DNA of 37,218 nt from a candidate division TA06 bacterium SM23_40 (GCA_001303705.1 LJUI01000009.1:1-37218), one strand, 5' to 3'; shown: positions 27,185 through 36,947, counted from the first letter of the stretch. Numbers and translations: made by a program. Notes: generated by a model from the sequence alone, not told the origin.

Positions 27185-30115
27185 CTACTTCAGCACCACC
27201 ATCTTCCGCACAAGTGAACGCGAGCCGGCCTCTAGGCGATAGAAGTACACACCTGACGATACCCGAGACCCACGGTCATTTCGGCCATCCCAGTGGACTG
27301 TATACATTCCTGCATCCTGTGGCTCGTCGACGAGCGCACGGACAAGCTGGCCCGCGATATTATACACACGCAGACAGACCCTTTCACCACTGCTGGGAAG
27401 TACATACGAAATCGTCGTCCACGCGCCAAACGGATTGGGGGAGTTCTGCTTCAACGAGAAGACATGGGGCCGCTCGGGATCGAAGGGCGGCTCCTCGCTC
27501 ACACCGGTCACCAGCATCAGCCACGTCAACACCGAATCCATCAGCTCCGGCTTATGCATCGTCATCGGCGACTGGTCATCGATCCACCCGAAGTCGAAGC
27601 CGAAGTAGACGAGCCGGTGACCCGTTGCCCCGGGACCAACCGAGTCGACATAGGTGATGGCCGCCACCCCGCCGTCGATGTCCAGATAGATGAGCGCCGT
27701 ATCGGCCTCCGCAAGCGGCTCGATCACGTCCTTCGACGGCTCCTCGCAGATGAGGAGCGTGTCACATAAGGCGCTCGTCGGTACCCCGTCGAGCACATAG
27801 CTCGCCGTCGTCCCTGAGACAAACCCGGCATGGAGACGATCCGAGTAGAATGGCCAGCTGTTGATCTCCTCACCGATGTTCGCTCCCGTGAGGAAGAGAC
27901 CTCCGCCCCCATCGAGAAATGCACCCAGCGCGAGCGTATCATCGCCAGTGACCGTGTTCGTCGTGTCATCTCCTGTCAACCAGACTACGATTGGGAACTT
28001 CGACAGCAGCACCTCATCGGGAGATCCCTCAGTCTCCACCTCATGCTCATCCCAGAGGAAGTCCTCTCGCCCCTGGAACACGACCTGGAACGGCTCCTCG
28101 TTGCTCGCCCCACCGTCATCGTCCACGAGGAGCACGTCAGGCCGCCCGATCCGCTGCACGAAGCTGTCTGTTTCAGCGTAGCCGCCGGCCGCTGTCATGG
28201 CGAGATAGAACGTGATGTCCTCACACTCCGCACCGGGCACCACGTCGAAGACGAAGGGGTCATCGAACGTCACGATCGCGTTGTGGAGCACCGGCAGCAC
28301 GCGCGATGCCGTGGCATCGGTGATGTTGACTGCCGATGGATTGCTCGACGAAAGCGTCGCTTCGACCGAGTCGGCCTGAGCGCCGACGTTGCGCACAGAC
28401 ACCCACAGGTCGACTGTCTCCCCGGGATCCGGTCTCCCGTCGTTGTTGCCAGAGGAATCGTCTATCGAATGATCGGCATAGTACAGCCTCGGCGCGGTAG
28501 GGGTGAACCCCTGGAACCCCCATGCCGCACCATAGTGAGTCCAACGCCGTACAAAGCTGTTCCCCACCTCACCCCGGCCATCCTGGCTCCAGTACCCCCA
28601 GCTGTTCTGGAAGTAGAACAGACTGTCCGGCGCGTTGTACCCGACAAAGTCCCATGAGTGGGTCCCGCGCGAGGTACAGAGCTCACACGGGTCGCAGAGA
28701 CACCCATAGCTCGACCAGCCGTCGCACCCGGGCTGGCCCTCACAGACATGTGACCCTGTGATCATGATACCGTGATGATAGATCGCATCGCGCAGCCCGG
28801 GGATATCATCGGTCGGCTGAGCGAAGAAGGACTGAAGCATGAAGTCGTCGCCGCACGGCCCTTCGACATCAGGACAATCTCCCGTACACTGACCGCTCCC
28901 GCCGTTAGAGAGTGGACAGCCCGGGTCGCACCCGTAGTGCGTGCACTCCTCCGTGCAGAGACCGTCGAGGGTGAGGACCGCCCCGGCATAGGTGGCGGGA
29001 ACGCCCTCACAGTAGCCCTCGGGGCAGGTGCCGCACTGATACCCGCTCGTGGTGAGCGAGGTGAGACAGGTACCTCCTGCACCCGGACATCCGAATCCAC
29101 ACAGCGATTGGCGGCAGTCGCGGCCGGCCGAGTAACGCAGCCGGTCATAAGCATTCTGCCGGCTCAGCATCGGATCGATGCAGACGCACGCGCCGTCCTG
29201 ATCCTTCTCACACAGGCAATCGTACAGGTCGGAGTCGCCCGTCCCCATGTAGCAGAGACTCCCGCACAGCCACCAGTCACCAACTGATGAGGTGGCGTGG
29301 CCTGTGCATGATCCGTATCCTCCCTGGTCCTTGATGGGGGGCATCACGGAGAGGGAGAAGACGTCGGGGGGCTGCAGCGAGCCGCGCGCCCGCGGCCGGG
29401 CCTCCCGCGCCATTCTCATCTGTTCCATCTTCATCTGTTCATGACTCGGGTCGACGAGTGAGCCACGTGGCCGCTCGGCCGGCGCCCTCGTCAACAGCCG
29501 CGGATCGAGGCCGGTCGGAGCAAGGATCGTACTGACATCCGCCCGCACAACCTCGTCGCCCCTCGACGACGCCAGGTACAGCAGATATCCATCCTCTTGA
29601 GAGAGAACGATGATGCGCGTCTCATCGCCGAACCGCTCGCCAGTCCACAGGGTGGCGACGGACTCCATCTCCTCCCATTGACGGGCCTCGATCGAATAGA
29701 GCGGCCGACCGCCCGGACCCCAGTTCGGAGTGCCCACCGCCCTTCCGCTGTACGGATCGAACTTAATGAACCCGCCGATCGTACCTCCTCTCTGAAGCGG
29801 TACCGCCCAGTACTTCGGACCCAGCTGGCTGAAGAAGAGCCGGGGTTTTCCCGCCCTGGCTCCACTGTACAGATTGAATATCTCGTTCTGAATAATGTCG
29901 CGCGGATCACCCACTAACAGACGCTCGGCCTTCTGCGCCCGCTCCTCGATATAGCGCTGCGCAACCCGGGCGATCTCGTCAGCCGACACCACCCCGGCCT
30001 CTAGCTCGCCGAGCGAGGTCACCTCGGCACGAAACGGCACCCGCGCTGCCTGAACCCCGAGGACGAAACATGCCAGACTGAGTATGCATACTGCCGCGAT
30101 CAACCTGGCTTTCAT
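27185..30115 (-). CDS. Secreted papain-like (C1) cysteine protease, copy 4 (976 aa)
   Basis: IKDQGGYGSCTGHA, GTHSWDFVG, QNSWG. Start ATG 30115 (MKARLIAAV). Confidence 0.88.
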   Translation of the reverse strand: MKARLIAAVCILSLACFVLGVQAARVPFRAEVTSLGELEAGVVSADEIARVAQRYIEERAQKAERLLVGDPRDIIQNEIFNLYSGARAGKPRLFFSQLGPKYWAVPLQRGGTIGGFIKFDPYSGRAVGTPNWGPGGRPLYSIEARQWEEMESVATLWTGERFGDETRIIVLSQEDGYLLYLASSRGDEVVRADVSTILAPTGLDPRLLTRAPAERPRGSLVDPSHEQMKMEQMRMAREARPRARGSLQPPDVFSLSVMPPIKDQGGYGSCTGHATSSVGDWWLCGSLCYMGTGDSDLYDCLCEKDQDGACVCIDPMLSRQNAYDRLRYSAGRDCRQSLCGFGCPGAGGTCLTSLTTSGYQCGTCPEGYCEGVPATYAGAVLTLDGLCTEECTHYGCDPGCPLSNGGSGQCTGDCPDVEGPCGDDFMLQSFFAQPTDDIPGLRDAIYHHGIMITGSHVCEGQPGCDGWSSYGCLCDPCELCTSRGTHSWDFVGYNAPDSLFYFQNSWGYWSQDGRGEVGNSFVRRWTHYGAAWGFQGFTPTAPRLYYADHSIDDSSGNNDGRPDPGETVDLWVSVRNVGAQADSVEATLSSSNPSAVNITDATASRVLPVLHNAIVTFDDPFVFDVVPGAECEDITFYLAMTAAGGYAETDSFVQRIGRPDVLLVDDDGGASNEEPFQVVFQGREDFLWDEHEVETEGSPDEVLLSKFPIVVWLTGDDTTNTVTGDDTLALGAFLDGGGGLFLTGANIGEEINSWPFYSDRLHAGFVSGTTASYVLDGVPTSALCDTLLICEEPSKDVIEPLAEADTALIYLDIDGGVAAITYVDSVGPGATGHRLVYFGFDFGWIDDQSPMTMHKPELMDSVLTWLMLVTGVSEEPPFDPERPHVFSLKQNSPNPFGAWTTISYVLPSSGERVCLRVYNIAGQLVRALVDEPQDAGMYTVHWDGRNDRGSRVSSGVYFYRLEAGSRSLVRKMVVLK

Positions 30116-30391
30116 CACTGCCACCCCCTCGTATAGTGTGTGTGAAATGCCAATGGGGGATCAATCCCCCCCCAGCAATCAGTCGGGATTGCTGGATCTC
30201 TCGCCGATTTTTGCCTCAAATCTATGGGAGGTCCCGTGTATCATGTCCGATGCATCAACGTGAATCGGACTGAGGAGGAAACAGCTGCACCCCCTTGCGG
30301 CTCCCGTATCGAAAAATCCACACGGCCTCCTTCCCAGAAGGCATTACCGGGTTCTTCAGGCAGCCAATCTAGGAGGCGAGGCCACCATCAC

Positions 30392-31273
30392 CTACTTCCG
30401 CCCTGAGCCTCTTCCTTCCTGAGCCTCGACCACAGCTTTCGCCCGCGCAGTCGCCTCGCTCAGATATTCCCGATCGATCTCAAACACGACAGCGGGGATG
30501 CCGAGCCCGAGGGCACTCACCGCCGTATTGCCGATTCCGAGGAACGGGTCGAGGACGAGTTTTGTCCGGTCCAGCCCGTGGAGGCGGATGCACATCTCGG
30601 CAAGAGCGGGAGGGAAGCTCGCCGGATGGGGACGCTCCTTTGTCCGGTTCTTTATGGTTTCGTATGGTATGAACCACGTGTTGCCCCGACAGTGGAGCCC
30701 ATCGCCGGCCCGCTTCCAGCGGGAGATATTCGACTTGTCCTGATAGGGGACGCCGATCGCCAGTCTGTCGAGCTTCACGTTCCCGTGTTTCGTGATGTGG
30801 AAGACGTACTCGTGGCAATCGTTGAGATAGCGGGGACTGTTGATCGGCTTGTAGTGCCCGACGGTGAGATCGTCGGACAGTATGCCATACCGCCCGACAT
30901 CTGCCTGGGGAATGTGGATTGACTTGATCCAGTGGATGACGTTCTGTAGCTTCAGGAGATCACGGATGGCACTCACCACTTCGAGAGGGACCCACGGATC
31001 TGATGGTTTCGCGCCGATGTTGAGGAAGAGAGAGCCATCGTCTGCCAGGACACCCTTTGCTGCCTCTATCCACTGGCGCGTCCAATCGAGATAGTCCTGG
31101 CGGGAGATGGTATCGTCGTAGGTCGAGTACCTGGTGCCGAGGTTGTAGGGCGGGGAGGTTACGATGACGTCGATACTGCCGGGCTCAAGACGCCGCCTCA
31201 TGCCGGCGATGCAATCCTCACAATAGAAGGTCGCCCGGACATGATCCCCACCGATGACTGTCTTCTTCCGCAT
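30392..31273 (-). CDS. Site-specific DNA methyltransferase (N4-C/N6-A, beta-class order), no cognate endonuclease in the window
   Basis: VIVTSPPYN catalytic motif precedes HPASFP..LVLDPFLGIG (SAM binding). Confidence 0.92.
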   Translation of the reverse strand: MRKKTVIGGDHVRATFYCEDCIAGMRRRLEPGSIDVIVTSPPYNLGTRYSTYDDTISRQDYLDWTRQWIEAAKGVLADDGSLFLNIGAKPSDPWVPLEVVSAIRDLLKLQNVIHWIKSIHIPQADVGRYGILSDDLTVGHYKPINSPRYLNDCHEYVFHITKHGNVKLDRLAIGVPYQDKSNISRWKRAGDGLHCRGNTWFIPYETIKNRTKERPHPASFPPALAEMCIRLHGLDRTKLVLDPFLGIGNTAVSALGLGIPAVVFEIDREYLSEATARAKAVVEAQEGRGSGRK

Positions 31274-31401
31274 GGGAACACTCCGAACAAAACCTCGATG
31301 ACTTCACCGCCCGTGGGCTCCGGTCTCAGGTTGAGCCGATATCAGAAGGCGAACGTGCCATCAGCCAGGATAGGGCACAACACCTATCCCGATCCCGTGT
31401 T

Positions 31402-31968
31402 CTATTTTCCCTTTTCTTTCTTCTCTTCCTGCGCCTCTTCTCCCGTCTCCTTCTCGATCATATGGATCCCTTCGGGACTGGCCACGTATTCTTCATAGTC
31501 GAAGCCCGTGAATTCAGGACTTCGCTCGTTATGGCACTTCACGCACACCTCCGGCCCCGGAGGGATGATTAGCCCCTTTGAGATGGCCAGTTCTCGATCC
31601 TTCATCACCGACGCGTTCCAGTAGTTGCTCCCCGCTCCGTGACACGCCTCACATTGCACGTTCACCATCTGCGGGGTACTCTCCAGATCGACGAACCCGC
31701 CCTCCTCTCCGTACCCGGTGGTGTGACAAGAGAGACACATCTTATTAGCCTTCGCCTCGTCGTCCAGGCTGTCGATGGCGTGGGCATGGACCGTCTTCTC
31801 CCACGCAGCGAAGATATCGGAGTGGCACATCTTGCATTTCTTCTGACCGACGTAAGTCGCTGGTGCTTCCTCTTCCTCGGCTTGCTCAGCAACAAGACCG
31901 CCCCAAGCAACAAGGCAGAGGCCAACAGCCAGCACGACAGCCAGATACCTCAACAGAGCAGCGTGCAC
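31402..31968 (-). CDS. Periplasmic tetraheme cytochrome c554-like protein
   Basis: Signal peptide, YVG..KCKMCH, CLSCHTTG, VQCEACHG and CVKCH. Confidence 0.9.
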   Translation of the reverse strand: MHAALLRYLAVVLAVGLCLVAWGGLVAEQAEEEEAPATYVGQKKCKMCHSDIFAAWEKTVHAHAIDSLDDEAKANKMCLSCHTTGYGEEGGFVDLESTPQMVNVQCEACHGAGSNYWNASVMKDRELAISKGLIIPPGPEVCVKCHNERSPEFTGFDYEEYVASPEGIHMIEKETGEEAQEEKKEKGK

Positions 31969-32004
31969 CGGATTCTCACCCCCTTCCGATCAATAGCGGA
32001 CTGC

Positions 32005-32033
32005 AGTCTATCAGGTTCCTCAGCCGATGTCAA
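32005..32033 (-). promoter_or_regulatory. Sigma70-type promoter of the tetraheme cytochrome gene
   Basis: TTGACA-17 bp-TAGACT. Confidence 0.7.
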
Positions 32034-32354
32034 GGCTCCGATCCGCTCGGTGTCAACCGCCAATAGAGATGTTGCGGTTCCCGACGGAGCGGAAATGCCT
32101 GTTCAGACCGACCAGGGCAGGTCACCGCCGAAAAAGTAGAGGACGGCCAGCACCGAATCCGGTCGTCCCCTCAAAGCTATTGCCCAATGTAAGGCCGCTT
32201 ATCCCGATCCGTCGCCCCAATGCAGTGAGCGTTTTGCTTTGGAGATGCGACTGAAACGGTTCGGCTATCGACAACGCACGATCACGCACTCACGTCTCTG
32301 GAGCTCCGCGAACACCGACACATGTACCGTCCGTTCGATCAGCTCGCAGGCTGC

Positions 32355-34535
32355 CTATTCGATAAGCTGTCGCGCAACTCCCAGCAGACTGTCGGCCAGC
32401 ATGAAGTTGTGGACGCCCCTCGATCCATCATTCTCCACCCATTCGAGGATCGCGCGCGCACTCTGACTCGCCTCAACACCAGACTCCGCCTGCCCCAGAG
32501 CCTCCTCGAGTTCAGCAAGACCCTGACCGATCCCTTGCTGCCATCCGTCCATGACTGCGTCGTACCCGGAGCCGTGGCACTCGACGCAGCGGTCAGCACC
32601 GGGTCGGACAACCGCGCGGCCCTCACTGTCCCAGTGGCAGGCCGAGCAATCGATCCCTGCGACAGCCATGGGATTCTGGACTCCCTGATGGGATCGGTAC
32701 TGACCCCGGTACATCTCCGCCTGGACTGTATGACATACCTCACACTCGGCAGCCTCACGGTGGTGACAGCGTCCGCAATTGACATCCTCGATCGGGAACG
32801 CGGCCCCACGCCTGTGATGGCACGCGGTGCAGTACAGACCGCCCACCTCGATATGTGGCATATGAGGGAACTCTATCCTTTCATACAGTATGGGCTCGGC
32901 GATCTCGTCACTATGACATAGCCGACAATCGGCCCGGCTCCGCACGTGGTGACACCCCTGACACGCTGACCGATCGATGAGCGATGAGCCGTGTCCTACC
33001 TCGTCCGGTTCCAGGCCCTCGCGATGGCAGCGACCGCATTCCATTCCCCCATCGACGACATGGCGAGCATGCGGCATTGCTTTGTCGAAGAAGCGGACTG
33101 TCCGTGCCTCCACACCTGCGTGACAGATGAGACAGTCTGATCCCAGCGCGGCGACGGCGGATGCCATTCTGTGCGGGCGATAGCTCGATTCGACAAGACC
33201 CAGAGCCTCTTCGAGCTGAATTCCTGCCTGCGACAGGAGCGCCCGCGCGTATTCCAGATTGTGGATCGGATTCCCGTGAGCTCCCAGCATGACATTGTGC
33301 CTCGCGTCGCGCAGGAGCGCCTCGGCCTCAGCGACGTCTCGGCCCCGCCTCTCGGCCGCCCGAACCTCCCGCTCCGCCTGCTCGACCGAGGAGAGTGCCG
33401 CCTCGAGCATCGACCGCCCGGCCGTTCCCCAGTCCTCGAACAGAGATCTGTACCCCTCGCCATGGCAGTAGACACAGGCAGCGCCGTCTGCTTGGTAGAT
33501 CCGACCGGAGAGGTGGTCTCCGATCTGGACGGTATGACATGCTCGACAGGTCACGCTCCCGACGAACATCAGACTCGGCATTTCCTCGACACCGCTCCCA
33601 CCGGACCCGGTGTACATCGCGCGCTCGGCCCAATGGTGGTCGGGATGGCAGCTCTGGCAGTTCAGGGGCCCCCCCTCCGCGAATTCCGGAAGACCGTGCT
33701 CGATGTCAAGATGGCACTCAAAGCACTCTATCTTGTGGTCGCTGACGTGGTACTGATGGAGGAGGACGCTTCGGTCGTAGAAGGCGAGACGTTCCATCTC
33801 GCCATGGCAGGAGAGGCACTGCTGACGCGGCACAGCACCGTCTCCTCTCGTCACCGAATAGTGACACTGCTTGCAGGGAAGCCCACGGGACACGACCTCC
33901 CCGTGATCGTATCCGATCCTCCGGCCGGCCCCGATCTCCTCCGGCGCCCCATGACACGAGGGACAACCCGGCATCGCCTCCCCGGCCTCCATCCCTTTGA
34001 AATGGCAGAGAAAACAGGTCGTCTCAGTAACAGTGATGTGCTCGCCCTGTACGATCTGAGAATGGCAGGACGTGCAGCGCAGAACCTTTCCTCTCCGGAG
34101 TTGGGTCAGGTGTGGGCGATGGGCGAACAGTACCGGCTTGAACTGAATAGCCCCAGCGAGGAGCCGTTTGTCGTGGCACCCCTTTCGGAGACAACTTGCG
34201 TCCTCGATCTCTGCTACCGGCTTCGTCTTGTATGTGTTCAGCATATAGGTGACGAGCTGTGACGCGGCCTGGCGCTTTCCCTCGAACCACCCGTCGAGAG
34301 TCGGGGGATAGTGGCAGGTGACGCACCGTACCTGATTGTGGGTTGATGTCCGCCAGTTGTCGTAGTACGGAACCATGTAGTGGCAGGTGAGACAGAATCT
34401 GGGGAACATGCTCACCTCTGACATCACCATTATGAGGATTATGATCGCGAGCGCGACGGCGATGGCGAACCTCGCCTTCCTGTCGAGCCGCCACGACCAC
34501 CATGCTGCTACGTTATGGAAAAACCTCCTCACCAC
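32355..34535 (-). CDS. Membrane-anchored multiheme cytochrome c (NapC/NirT-like N-terminus; 20 CxxCH plus one CX4CH)
   Basis: N-terminal TM helix, then FCLTCHYM..YYDNW..STH..VRCVTCH. 20 CxxCH motifs counted plus CLRKGCH. GTG start follows AGGAGG. Confidence 0.92.
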   Translation of the reverse strand: MVRRFFHNVAAWWSWRLDRKARFAIAVALAIIILIMVMSEVSMFPRFCLTCHYMVPYYDNWRTSTHNQVRCVTCHYPPTLDGWFEGKRQAASQLVTYMLNTYKTKPVAEIEDASCLRKGCHDKRLLAGAIQFKPVLFAHRPHLTQLRRGKVLRCTSCHSQIVQGEHITVTETTCFLCHFKGMEAGEAMPGCPSCHGAPEEIGAGRRIGYDHGEVVSRGLPCKQCHYSVTRGDGAVPRQQCLSCHGEMERLAFYDRSVLLHQYHVSDHKIECFECHLDIEHGLPEFAEGGPLNCQSCHPDHHWAERAMYTGSGGSGVEEMPSLMFVGSVTCRACHTVQIGDHLSGRIYQADGAACVYCHGEGYRSLFEDWGTAGRSMLEAALSSVEQAEREVRAAERRGRDVAEAEALLRDARHNVMLGAHGNPIHNLEYARALLSQAGIQLEEALGLVESSYRPHRMASAVAALGSDCLICHAGVEARTVRFFDKAMPHARHVVDGGMECGRCHREGLEPDEVGHGSSLIDRSACQGCHHVRSRADCRLCHSDEIAEPILYERIEFPHMPHIEVGGLYCTACHHRRGAAFPIEDVNCGRCHHREAAECEVCHTVQAEMYRGQYRSHQGVQNPMAVAGIDCSACHWDSEGRAVVRPGADRCVECHGSGYDAVMDGWQQGIGQGLAELEEALGQAESGVEASQSARAILEWVENDGSRGVHNFMLADSLLGVARQLIE

Positions 34536-34887
34536 GTGCCTCCTGGGCGCCTGACCAATCCTGCCCGCGATGCCGCCCCATCCCTGTCGATCGACTTCAT
34601 GGCTCCCACTGCCTCGAGTTCTCTAGCCGTCGCCGGCTCGCCTTCCAGATCATGTATCCCCTGCCAGACCGTGCGTCGACACGCCTCGATGATTTCCCAT
34701 GGGATGGCTAGACCCACGTCTTCGGACTCTCCACCAGGATCGAAAGCTCCGTTGAACCCGACCGGCGCGCCTCCTCGGCACCGGCGGCTCGCCGGTTCAT
34801 GGAACGAAGCCCCTCTCCTTTCAGGCCGAGGGGCTACACCAGCAACTGAGAATCATAGATGCTCCGTTCGAGACCGGCAACAAGTAC

Positions 34888-35325
34888 CTATTCAGCTTTC
34901 TCCTTCTCAGCCTTCTCGATCTCGCCCTTGAGCCAGGGCTCGATGGTGCCGCCGTGGAAGAGGATGCCCAACTCGTCGTCGAGAGCAGAGGGTTCTAGCT
35001 TCATCACCCACCCTTTGCCGTACGGATCCTGATTGAGCAGGAGCGGATTGTCCTCGAGGGCTTCGTTGATCTCGGCGATCTCGCCGCTCAACGGCGCGAC
35101 GAGCTTACCCACCCACTTCGACGACTGGACCTTGCCGCAGGTCTCCCCCTGCTCGACATCATCTCCCTCATCGGGAAGATCGACGTATGTCGTATCGCCG
35201 GCCAGCTTGAAGTAGAACTCGTTGATCCCCACAGTCACCGTGCCATCATCGTTCTTGCGTGCCCAGGCATGGTCGGCATGGTAGTACAGCTCGTCCGGCA
35301 TGTTGTATCCAAGAATGTCAGCCAT
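34888..35325 (-). CDS. Lipoyl-carrier protein, GcvH/LbpA-like
   Basis: YYHADHAWAR, VTVGI, VQSSKWVG (lipoyl-Lys), APLSGEI..IN and NQDPYGKGW. ATG 35325 follows GAGGAGG. Confidence 0.9.
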   Translation of the reverse strand: MADILGYNMPDELYYHADHAWARKNDDGTVTVGINEFYFKLAGDTTYVDLPDEGDDVEQGETCGKVQSSKWVGKLVAPLSGEIAEINEALEDNPLLLNQDPYGKGWVMKLEPSALDDELGILFHGGTIEPWLKGEIEKAEKEKAE

Positions 35326-35377
35326 CCTGACCCTCCTCTCCATCCCTTTGGGACGACGTCGTCACACACCTTCTCCG

Positions 35378-36250
35378 CTACAGAATCCCTTTCTCCCGTA
35401 ATACGGGGCGCGGATCGACGAAGTGACGTTCAAACCCGAGCGTGCCGGGGTCCAATCCGACGGCCAACCCGATAAGCTGTGAGTAATAGACAATCGGCAG
35501 GTCGAGCTCAACGCCGAATTCTTGCTCGATCTCGCGCTTCCTCGTATCGAGGTTTGCCTGACACATCTGACAGCAGGTACAGATGATCTCGGCCCCCTCG
35601 TCCCGCGCATTGACCATGATGTCGCACGACAGTTTACGGACAATGTCGGTCCTCGTCAAGGCAAAATTGGCGCCGCAGCATTCGGTCTTGTATGACCAAT
35701 CGATGGGCTCGCCGCCCAGGGTACGGACAAGACGATCCATGACCATCGGATATTCGTAGTCATCGTATCCCATGGTCTCCGGAGGCCGCACAAGCACACA
35801 GCCGTAGTACGAGGCGACCCGCAGCCCGTTCAGGCTTCGCACCAGTTTCGGTCTCATCTCATCGGAGCCGACGAGATCGACAAGCACATCGAGGGGATGC
35901 CGAGCCTCCACCCGCCCCTCGTACGCCCGCCCCAGGGTTCGCTCGAGCTTCTCCTTCAGAGCCGAATCCTCTTCCAGGTCGTGCTGCACACTCTTGAACC
36001 GATTGAGGCAGGCGGGACAGGGGACGAGAACGTCGCCTCCCCCCGCCTGTTCCACGAGCATCAGGTTCTCCAGGGGGAGCGCCGCCCCGACCGTCGGCGA
36101 CATGCTGATGCGCGAGGACGTCCCGCAGCAGATCCATCCCTCCACCTCCGCGAGTTCGACTCCCAGCGCCTTGCAGACCGATCTCAGCGAGTCATCGTAC
36201 TCCTTCGCCGTCCCGTGGAGGGAGCACCCCGGGTAGTAGTGATATCGCAT
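35378..36250 (-). CDS. hdrB: Heterodisulfide reductase subunit B-like (two CCG domains)
   Basis: YYPGCSL..WICCG..PCPAC and YYGC..KTECCG..CCQMCQANLD. Confidence 0.93.
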   Translation of the reverse strand: MRYHYYPGCSLHGTAKEYDDSLRSVCKALGVELAEVEGWICCGTSSRISMSPTVGAALPLENLMLVEQAGGGDVLVPCPACLNRFKSVQHDLEEDSALKEKLERTLGRAYEGRVEARHPLDVLVDLVGSDEMRPKLVRSLNGLRVASYYGCVLVRPPETMGYDDYEYPMVMDRLVRTLGGEPIDWSYKTECCGANFALTRTDIVRKLSCDIMVNARDEGAEIICTCCQMCQANLDTRKREIEQEFGVELDLPIVYYSQLIGLAVGLDPGTLGFERHFVDPRPVLREKGIL

Positions 36251-36816
36251 CAGATCGCTCCCTCCTCGTTCTTGATTCTATTCAGGATCGTACGGACGCG
36301 GAATCCCCGCCGCCACCCACTGGGGAGAAGGGAGAGCTTTCCTTTCCGGAACATCGTCAGCCCCAACCCTATGTCCTTGAAGAAGTCGCGAGTCGCAAGC
36401 TTGAGCCGCCCGATAAGCCCGATCTCGTACAGGCGGCCGAAGTTCTTGACCGTGAACAGCGCGGATCGATAGAATGCTGCTGCTTCCGGTACCTTCGGCT
36501 TGATACCCTCGCGCAGAGCGACGCGGCGTGCGGCGTCCATGATCTTGACGATCTCCACGTCCTGGGGACAGCGCGTCGAACACGTCTTGCACGCCGCGCA
36601 GATCCAGATCGTCTTACTCCCCAGCACGAGATCCTTCTGCCCCAGACGTACCGCATGCATGATCTCGGCAGGCGTGTAGTCCATCTCGTACGCGACCGGA
36701 CAGCCGGCAGCGCACTTTCGGCACTGGTAGCAGTTATTGACGAGGCTCTTCGCCTCGCCGAGAACCTCATTGACAAAGGGCGATTCTATTACGTCGCGCG
36801 AAAGCTGAATCTCCAT
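36250..36816 (-). CDS. hdrC: Heterodisulfide reductase subunit C-like (2x[4Fe-4S])
   Basis: CYQCRKCAAGCP and IWICAACKTCSTRCP. Its stop overlaps the hdrB start (TGATG). Confidence 0.93.
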   Translation of the reverse strand: MEIQLSRDVIESPFVNEVLGEAKSLVNNCYQCRKCAAGCPVAYEMDYTPAEIMHAVRLGQKDLVLGSKTIWICAACKTCSTRCPQDVEIVKIMDAARRVALREGIKPKVPEAAAFYRSALFTVKNFGRLYEIGLIGRLKLATRDFFKDIGLGLTMFRKGKLSLLPSGWRRGFRVRTILNRIKNEEGAI

Positions 36817-36947
36817 CTATGTACTCCCGTGCAACCCCGGGACAGAGAATTGCGCTCCACAGTTGTCGGTTCGCAAAAGCCCCACCTCCGCGGAGCCGGC
36901 TCTCGCCTCCCGGAACCCAACTCCCGGCTCCGGGAAGGCGTTGATCA

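Noticed and set aside
17068-30115. Diversity-generating retroelement acting on the protease copies
   Set aside because: No reverse transcriptase in the window, and the differences span whole genes rather than a short adenine-specific variable region.
32040-32350. tRNA, tRNA-Sec or riboswitch in the larger intergenic gaps (also 20270-20620 and 34540-34880)
   Set aside because: I could not identify a cloverleaf or a known aptamer consensus by eye; an Infernal/tRNAscan run would be needed to exclude them fully.
34529-34717. 62-aa ORF upstream of the multiheme cytochrome
   Set aside because: No RBS or motif support; more likely promoter or leader sequence.
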